Shown: piece by piece, positions 56,043 through 64,000 of the stretch
Layout: every line of letters begins with the position of its first letter
Position numbering within the stretch: position 1 is the stretch's first letter
NCBI GenBank assembly: GCA_964016885.1
Contig: OZ024757.1
Span: forward strand, 17,360,001-17,424,000
Direction: 5' to 3'
Origin: Eledone cirrhosa
Taxonomy: Eukaryota
DNA: 64,000 nt
Translations under genes and position numbers: made by a program
The notes under the pieces: model-generated
Databases searched by the model: none
What the model saw: only the letters and a program-made list of their open reading frames with translations
What the model was told of the DNA's origin: nothing

Positions 56043-56169
56043 TTTACTGATAAGGCCCAAGATATTAAAATAGTTCACTAACAAAGATATTTCTGTTCCT
56101 TAGAGATGGTAAGTTGGCGCTATGACAACACTGGTATTTCTCCTCCTACCCTAGCAGACACAGTTGCCA

Positions 56170-58122
56170 TGGTGGTGGTGGCGATGGCGGCTGCTGTTGT
56201 GGTAGTGGTAGCGGTGGTGGTGGTGGTGGTGGTGATAGTGTTTAGTGTGGAGGTGGTGGTGACTGGTGGTGATAGTGATGATTGGGGAGGTGGTGGTGGT
56301 GGTGCTGACAGTGATGATTGTGGTGGTATGGTGGTGCTGTGGTGGTGACAGTGGTAGTGGTGGTGGTGGTGACTGATGATTGTGGTGGTATGGTGGTGCT
56401 GTGGTGGTGGTGATGGCGATAACAGTGGAGGTGGTGGTAGCAGTGACTGTAGCGATGATGGTCGTGGTTGTGATGGTGGTGGTGGTGGTGGTGGTGACAG
56501 TGGTGGTGGTGGTGGTGGTGGTGACAGTGGTGGTGGTGGTGGTGGTGGTGGTGACAGTGGTGGTGGTGGTGGTGACAGTGGTGGTGGTGGTGGTGGTGGT
56601 GACTGATGATTGTGGTGGTATGGTGGTGCTGTGGTGGTGACAGTGGTAGTGGTGGTGGTGGTGGTGACAGTGGTGATGGTGGTGGTGGTGGTGCTGACAG
56701 TGATGATTGTGGTGGTATGGTGGTGCTGTGGTGGTGACAGTGGTAGTGGTGGTGGTGGTGGTGACAGTGGTAGTGGTGGTGGTGGTGGTGACAGTGATGA
56801 TTGTGGTGGTATGGTGGTGCTGTGGTGGTGACAGTGGTAGTGGTGGTGGTGGTGGTGACAGTGGTAGTGGTGGTGGTGGTGCTGACAGTGATGATTGTGG
56901 TGGTATGGTGGTGCTGTGGTGGTGACAGTGGTAGTGGTGGTGGTGGTGGTGACAGTGGTAGTGGTGGTGGTGGTGCTGACAGTGATGATTGTGGTGGTAT
57001 GGTGGTGCTGTGGTGGTGACAGTGGTAGTGGTGGTGGTGGTGCTGACAGTGATGATTGTGGTGGTATGGTGGTGCTGTGGTGGTGACAGTGGTAGTGGTG
57101 GTGGTGACAGTGGTAGTGGTGGTGGTGGTGCTGACAGTGATGATTGTGGTGGTATGGTGGTGCTGTGGTGGTGACAGTGGTAGTGGTGGTGGTGACAGTG
57201 GTAGTGGTGGTGGTGGTGCTGACAGTGATGATTGTGGTGGTATGGTGGTGCTGTGGTGGTGGTGATGGCGATAACAGTGGAGGTGGTGGTAGCAGTGACA
57301 GTAGCGATGATGGTCGTGGTTGTGATGGTGATGGTGGTGGTGGTAGTGACGATTGTGATGATGGTGATGATGTTGGTGGTGGTGGCAGGGATGATTGTGA
57401 TGATGGTGGTGGTGACAGTGGTGATGGTGATGATGTTGGTGGTGGTGGCAGGGAGGATGATTGTGATGATCGTGGTGGTGGTGGTGGTGATGGTGGTGAT
57501 GGTGGTGATGGTGGTGACAGTGGTGATGGTGGTGGTGGTGACGGTGGTGGTGGTAGTGGTGATGGTGGTGGTGACAGTGGATATGGTGGTGATGGTGGTG
57601 ACAGTGGTGACGGTGGTGACGGTGGTGGTGGTAGTGGTGATGGTGGCAGTGGTGACAGTGGTGGTGGTGACAGTGGTGACGGTGGTGGTGACACTGACGG
57701 TGGTAGTGGTGATGGTGGTGGTGACAGTGGTGGTGGTAGTGGTGATGGTGGTGGTGGTGACAGTGGTGATGGTCGTGGTGGTGACGGTGGTGGTGGTGGT
57801 AGTGACAGTGGTGATGGTGGTGATGGTGGTGGTGACAGTGGTGATGGTGGTGGTGGTAGTGACAGTGGTGATGGTGGTGGTGGTGGTGGTGGTGGTGGTG
57901 ACAGTGGTGATGGTAGTGACAGTGGTGATGGTGGTGGTGGTGGTGACAGTGGTGATGGTGGTGGTGGTAGTGACAGTGGTGATGGTGGTGGTGGTGGTGA
58001 CAGTGGTGATGGTGGTGGTGGTAGTGACAGTGGTGATGGTGGTGGTGGTGGTGACAGTGGTGATGGTGGTGGTGGTGGTGACAGTGGTGGTGGTGACAGT
58101 GGTGGTGGTAGTGACAGTGGTG
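56170..58122. repeat. (GGT)n/GACAGT degenerate array with ~90-bp super-units
   Basis: Recurring GATGATTGTGGTGGTATGGTGGTGCTGTGG landmark at ~88-97-bp spacing. Confidence 0.93.
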
Positions 58123-58359
58123 TTCTCATTGTTTATCTATCAATTGAGTTTTAAAAGTCAAGAGATCAGATCTATAGAAAAGCAAGACACAATAGCTGCC
58201 CTTATTCTGTGGCTATATCTATAAATACTTGCTTTAATCTGTGGCCACCTACATAGCTGAGTGGTTAATACGTCTGCCTCACAATCTCGAGGTTCTGGGT
58301 TCAATCCCAATGTGTGGCTTCTTGGGCAAGTGTTTTTACCACGGCCTCAGGCAGAGGTG

Positions 58360-58970
58360 TCATCATCATCATCATCATCATCACCGTTTTACGTCCGTTC
58401 TTCCACGCTAGCATGGGTTAGACGGGTTGTCCTGTTGTGGGCAGTGTCTGGTCGGCTGACCATGCCTTGCTCATACAGGAACTGATCTGGTTTGATTTCT
58501 ACAGCTGGATGCCCTTCCTAACACCAACCTCATTTACAGTGAGTGCTGGGTGCTTTTTCGTGGCGCCTACACGTCCACTTTACAGTGTGGGCTGGGTGCT
58601 TTTTTGCCGTGGCACCTCCACGACCACCTTGCGGTGGGGGGTGTGGGGGCATATTGTTTATATGCTTCAGCATGTACCCATGGGAGGTCGGGTACTCTGT
58701 ATTACTGCGTGACGCCAGAAGTCACGGTCGTGTGTCATTGTCTTTGAGAGGTGTAATTGGGTAAGGTCGGCTTTTATCACCTCATCCCAGGTCATCTTGG
58801 GTCTCCCCACTCCGCGGTTTCCATCAACTTCTAGTGCTCTGCACCTTTTTATGCAGCTGTCATCCTTCATACGCATCACATGTCCATACCAGCGCAACCG
58901 CCTCTCCTGCACACAGCATTTGATTCCTCTTATGCTCAGTCTCTCTCTCTCAGGTGTAACAAGGGAAAAT
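58360..58970 (-). mobile_element. RTE-clade LINE 3' end
   Basis: QERRLRWYGHVMRMKDDSCIKRC...GRPKMTWDEVIKADL, then 3'UTR and (GAT)n. Confidence 0.93.
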
Positions 58971-59133
58971 AGCTCCTATGGCTAACATTGAAATTGCACC
59001 TCTGCCCATGCAGCAAGCTATATAGTAGTTGTTAGACAATGGGATTGGCAGCACAGTTTAAATAAATGAGGGTTTACGGTATTAAACTGGGCATACGTCA
59101 AAATGGCCGGTCGCAAAAGTGAAACTAATTTTT

Positions 59134-59692
59134 GACAGTCCACGCTGTAATGTGGCCGTGTAGGCAACACGGTAAAAACCTCCCAGCCCCACACTGTAAA
59201 TGTGGTTGGTGTTAGGAAGGGCATCCAGCTGTAGAAAACCCGCCAGACAGTCCACGCTGTAATGTGGCCGTGTAGGCAACACGGTAAAAACCTCCCAGCA
59301 CCACACTGTAAATGTGGTTGGTGTTAGGAAGGGCATCAAGCTGTAGAAAACCCGCCAGACAGTCCACGCTGTAATGTGGCCGTGTAGGCAACACAGTAAA
59401 AACCTCCCAGCACCACACTGTAAATGTGGTTGGTGTTAGGAAGGGCATCAAGCTGTAGAAAACCCGCCAGACAGTCCACGCTGTAATGTGGCCGTGTAGG
59501 CAACACAGTAAAAACCTCCCAGCACCACACTGTAAATGTGGTTGGTGTTAGGAAGGGCATCCAGCTGTAGAAAACCCGCCAGACAGTCCTATGCGAGCAA
59601 GACAACCACTCTTGCCTCAAGTGGGAAAACTCCCGTCCAAACCCATGCAAGCATGGAACATGGACGTTAAACGATGATGATGATGATGATGA
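59134..59692 (+). mobile_element. RTE 3'UTR with the 112-bp segment repeated 4 times
   Basis: GACAGTCC junctions at ~59134, 59246, 59358, 59470 and 59582. Confidence 0.92.
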
Positions 59693-60294
59693 AAATAAAG
59701 GAGCAAATAAGAGCATGATATGAAGTCAGTCATGTGTGTGTGTATATATGTGTGTGTGTGTGTGTGTAAACGAAGGTAAAAGTACACACACATATACACT
59801 TATATATGCACACATACACACTATAATATATACACGTGTGTGTGTGTGTATATATGTGTGTGTGTGTGTGTGTAAACGAAGGTAAAAGTACACACATATA
59901 CACTTATATATGCACACATACACACTATAATATATACATGTGTGTGTGTATATATGTGTGTGTGTGTAAAATTCTAGGAAACCTTATCTATGCCCTACAT
60001 ATATTCTTTTACATTCGTTTACACACACACACACATATATACACACACACACATGACTGACTTCATATCATGCTCTTATTTGTTCCTTTATTTTATATAT
60101 ATAAATTTAAATAACTCTTATAACGTGTACGTAACTGTCAAAAATTAGTTTCACTTTTGCGACCGGCCATTTTGACGTATGCCTTAAACTGCATTTTCAT
60201 TTGTTCAACAAGTTAACTTTGGCAGGATTTGAACTCAGAACATAAAGGGCCGTACACTATAATAAAAAAATATACTGCCACACACTGTGTCACA

Positions 60295-60420
60295 TATTGT
60301 GACACAATGAATCTCCCTGAGAATTATGTTAAGGAGACGCGTGTCTGTGGAATACTCAGCCATTAATTTGATCATTTTTGTACCAAGCCTCCTGACACCA
60401 CCCTTGCTTTTAGAATACAC
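60295..60420. repeat. Dispersed repeat, inverted homologue at 29385-29470
   Basis: Shared GCTGAGYATTCCACAGACACG.GT.CC.TTAAC.TA.TTCTCAGG.AGATTCA. Confidence 0.7.
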
Positions 60421-60452
60421 AACTGTTTATATTTATCTAAAAACCTTCCACC

Positions 60453-60645
60453 ATAATTGTTTCTACTTTAGGCACAAGGCCAGCAATTCCCCAGTGTATT
60501 ACTGGTACTTTATTTTATCGACCCCGCAAGGATGAAAGGCAAAGTTAACCTCGGCGGGATTTGAACTCAGAATGGCAAGGGCCGTAACTCTATGCTTCAA
60601 AGCATGGCGTCCGACTCTCTACCGATACTGCCAATCCACCGCCCT
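60453..60645 (-). mobile_element. tRNA-derived SINE (Nin/Deu-like domain)
   Basis: Reverse complement of 12063-12252. Confidence 0.88.
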
Positions 60646-60691
60646 ACCACCACCAATCCACTGCCTTCCACCATAATGTTACGTAAGAACC

Positions 60692-61795
60692 TTTGTTGTT
60701 GTTGTTGATGATGATGATTGTGGTGGTGGCTGTGGTGGTGGTGGTGGTTGTTGTGTTGGTGGTGGTTGTGGTGGTGTTGTGTTGTTGTTGATGTTGTTAG
60801 TGGTAGTGGTGTTGTTGCTGTCGGTAATGTTGGTTGTGGTAATGATAATGGTGGTTGTGGTTGAGGTTGAGGTGGTAGTGGTGTTGCTGCTGTTGTTGAT
60901 GGTTGTTGTGGTGCTGTTGGTAGCGGTAATGAAAGTGGTGTTGGTGGTTGTGGTTGGCGGTGTCTGTGATGGTGGTGATCATGATGGTTGTTGTGGTTGA
61001 GGTGGTAGTGGTGTTGCTGCTGTTGTTGATGGTTGTTGTGGTGCTGTTGGTAGTGGTAATGAAAGTGGTGTTGGTGGTTGTGGTTGGCGGTGTCTGTGAT
61101 GGTGGTGATCATGATGGTTGTTGTGGTTGAGGTGGTAGTGGTGTTGTTGCTGTTGGTGGTGGTTGTGGTTGAGGTGGTTGAGGTTGTAGTGGTGTTGGTG
61201 GTGGTTGTGGTTGGGGTGGTAGTGGTGTTGTTGGTGGTGGTTATTGTTGGTAGTTGTGGTTGAGGTGGTAGTAGTGTTGTTGCTGTTGATGGTGGTGGTT
61301 GTGGAGGAGGTGGTAGTGGTGCTGTTGCTGTTGGTGGTTGTGGTTGGGGTGGTAGTGGTGTTGTTACTGTTGTTGTTGGTAGTTGTAGTGGTGTTGTTGC
61401 TGTTGGTGGTGGTGGTTGTGGTTGTGGTTGTTGGTGGTAGTGCTGTTGTTGGTGGTGGTTATTGTTGGTAGTTGTGGTTGAGGTGGTAGTAGTGTTGTTG
61501 CTGTTGATGGTGGTGGTTGTGGAGGAGGTGGTTGTGGAGGAGGTGGTAGTGGTGCTGTTGCTGTTGGTGGTTGTGGTTGGGGTGGTAGTGGTGTTGTTAC
61601 TGTTGTTGTTGGTAGTTGTAGTGGTGTTGTTGGTGGTGGTGGTGGTTGTGGTTGAGGTGGTAGTGCTGTTGTTGGTGGTGGTTATTGTTGGTAGTTGTGG
61701 TTGAGGTGGTAGTAGTGTTGTTGCTGTTGATGGTGGTGGTTGTGGAGGAGGTGGTAGTTGTGGTTGAGGTGGTGTTGGTGTTGTTGATGATGATG
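60692..61795. repeat. (GGT/GTT)n degenerate array with internal duplications
   Basis: Directly visible; 130-bp duplication at 60948 and 61078. Confidence 0.92.
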
Positions 61796-62127
61796 AATTA
61801 ACAAAGAAATAACCCCACCACCAAAAACACAATGAACTATATTTGTGGACACGCCCAGTAACTGTCCTATATTTGGCACCCTCTACCCCGACTGTCTTGG
61901 TGAGACATTTTGTTACCCTGCCTCATGCCCTACCCTCACCACAACCTCCTTCCTACCTCCTCACAGTCTGTCTGTGTGTCTCAGAATATCAGACAGATAC
62001 ACCTCTACTATATTAATTGATATCTCCACACTGAGATGACAGAAACTCCCATTGTAATATGTAAATTAGGTTCCAATTACAGATTAAAGCTACTTAACTC
62101 TTGTTGTTGTTGTATACACATAGGGCA

Positions 62128-62342
62128 ATGGATTGGCAGAATCGGTAGAGCGTCGGACACCCTGCTTTGCGGCATAGAGTTATGACCCTTTATATTCTGA
62201 GTTCAAATCACGCTGAGGTTAGCTTTGCTTTTCATCTTTACAGGGTTGATAAAATAAATTATTAGCAATATACTGGGGTCGATTTAATCTATTTTCCCTT
62301 CCCCCAAATTGCTGGCCTTGTGCCTAAAGTAGAAACAGTTAT
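62128..62342 (+). mobile_element. tRNA-derived SINE (Nin/Deu-like domain)
   Basis: GGATTGGCAGAATCGGTAGAGCG head and GAGTTCAAATC B-box. Confidence 0.85.
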
Positions 62343-62519
62343 TACACACACACATATGTTGATGTTGCTGTTTAATCCCTTTGTTACCATATTTCTAATG
62401 AAAGATACTACCTATGATTCTCTAATAATTCTGAAAATAATCAAGAATTTAGGTGGGGGTGTGGATTTAGTCATATAACCGACATTCTTATTATGAAGAT
62501 GGTATTTAGAAGATATCTT

Positions 62520-63150
62520 CAACCCCTTTCTTACCATATCTCAACCGCAAAACACTGCCTATAATTTTCAAACAATTTTTTAAATAATTGAGAATTTTGA
62601 AGGATTTAATAATAAAGCTGGCGTTTGGATCATAACTTAACAAAGGTTTTTACATAAAATTATGATGGGAGGTTTTTTAAAAATAAATATAAGCGCTTCA
62701 ACCCCTTTCTTATCATAATTCAACTGAAAAACATTGCCTATAATTTTCAAACAATTTTTTAAATAATTGAGAATTTTGAAGGATTTAATAATAAAGCTGG
62801 CGTTTGGATCATAACTTAACAAAGGTTTTTACATAAAATTATGATGGGAGGTTTTTTAAAAATAAATATAAGCGCTTCAACCCCTTTCTTATCATAATTC
62901 AACTGAAAAACACTGCCTATAATTTTCAAACAATTTTTTAAATAATTGAGAATTTTGAAGGATTTAATAATAAAGCTGGCGTTTGGATCATAACTTAACA
63001 AAGGTTTTTACATAAAATTATGATGGGAGGTTTTTTAAAAATAAATATAAGCGCTTCAACCCCTTTCTTATCACAATTCAACTGAAAAACATTGCCTATA
63101 ATTTTCAAACAATTTTTTAAATAATTGAGAATTTTGAAGGATTTAGTAAT
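62520..63150. repeat. 179-bp tandem repeat, ~3.5 copies, from the left end of an AT-rich MITE
   Basis: Near-identical ORFs offset by 179 bp (62637 and 62816); diverged units continue on both sides. Confidence 0.93.
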
Positions 63151-63169
63151 ACAAATAACTAACTCCTTA

Positions 63170-63397
63170 TTAACCCTTTAGAATTTAAATTCCTCTATAT
63201 TTACTATATTATTTTTGTGGTAAAAGCTTCACCTCATATAATTATCTCACATAATATTGAATTTATGAGATTTTGATATTATTTATTTTGAGAACAATAC
63301 CTTAATGTTGGTATGAGTGGTCGGTTACAGCTGGTTTGAACAGAAAGAGGTGAGAGAATTCTGACCGGATATGGTTGTTTAAATACTAAGGGGTTAA
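63170..63397. mobile_element. piggyBac-like MITE with TTAA target duplication
   Basis: Host sequence TTATTAAGCTGGTG is split, with TTAA at both ends. Confidence 0.82.
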
Positions 63398-63516
63398 GCT
63401 GGTGTTTGGATCATAACTTAAAGGTTTTTACATAAAATTATAGTGGGAGGTTTGGTTTGTTTTTCATAAATATAAGTATTTCAACCCTTTTGTTACCATA
63501 TTTCTACTGAAAAACA

Positions 63517-63840
63517 CAGGGGTGTGCAACATATTTCATTGGTGGGCCACTTTTGAACATTGGCACAACTATTAGGTCCAGTCACTGTCAAAAATATGTA
63601 ATCTAATGAAAACCACAATCTAATGAAAACCACAATTTCTTTCCATAACGTGGAACGGGAAAATTATAACACACATAACCCTATCAGTGAAGCCCTTTAG
63701 AATAGGTTAACAAACAGAAAATTATATTATGGTTATGAAAAAAATTCTAAATAAGCCTACAAGGTAAAAATTAAAAATAGTCATCACGGGCCATTCTGAC
63801 AGGGCTGGCGAGCAGGATTGTGGCCTGCGGGCCGCCGGTC
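63517..63840. mobile_element. hAT/Charlie-like non-autonomous element, right end truncated
   Basis: Starts CAGGGGTGTGCAAC; subterminal GGGCC motifs; ends TGGCCTGCGGGCCGCCGGT. Confidence 0.6.
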
Positions 63841-64000
63841 TATGATTTTCATATAATTCTGAAAATAATAAAATATTTGGAGGGATTTAATAACATAACT
63901 TTCTGATTAGTAAGCTGGTGTTTAGAACATCCCTTAATGAAGGTTCTTAAACATTTAAACCTTTTTGTTACCATATTTCTAATGAAAAACACTGTTTCTG

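Overview
Eukaryotic, AT-rich, repeat-saturated genomic DNA. The SINE types and (TA)n/(CA)n/(GGT)n density suggest a coleoid cephalopod, probably Octopus (inference). I found no recognisable host protein-coding gene, rRNA, true tRNA or CRISPR array; nearly all ORFs in the track are translated micro- or minisatellites. The window contains decayed mobile elements: two Penelope-like (GIY-YIG) fragments, solo pseudo-LTR pieces with minimal hammerhead-ribozyme motifs, several RTE-clade LINE 3' ends, L1/Tx1-like 3' ends, a probable CRE-like fragment, two groups of tRNA-derived SINEs, piggyBac-like MITEs and a hAT-like MITE. It also holds more than 15 tandem arrays. Three patterns stand out: (1) tandem arrays repeatedly arise inside mobile elements, twice from almost the same breakpoint of one RTE LINE; (2) about 18 fold-back inverted repeats occur, most next to (TA)n tracts, at least one apparently formed in situ after insertion; (3) several families of minimal hammerhead motifs are present. 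Coordinates were read by eye and may be off by a few bases.
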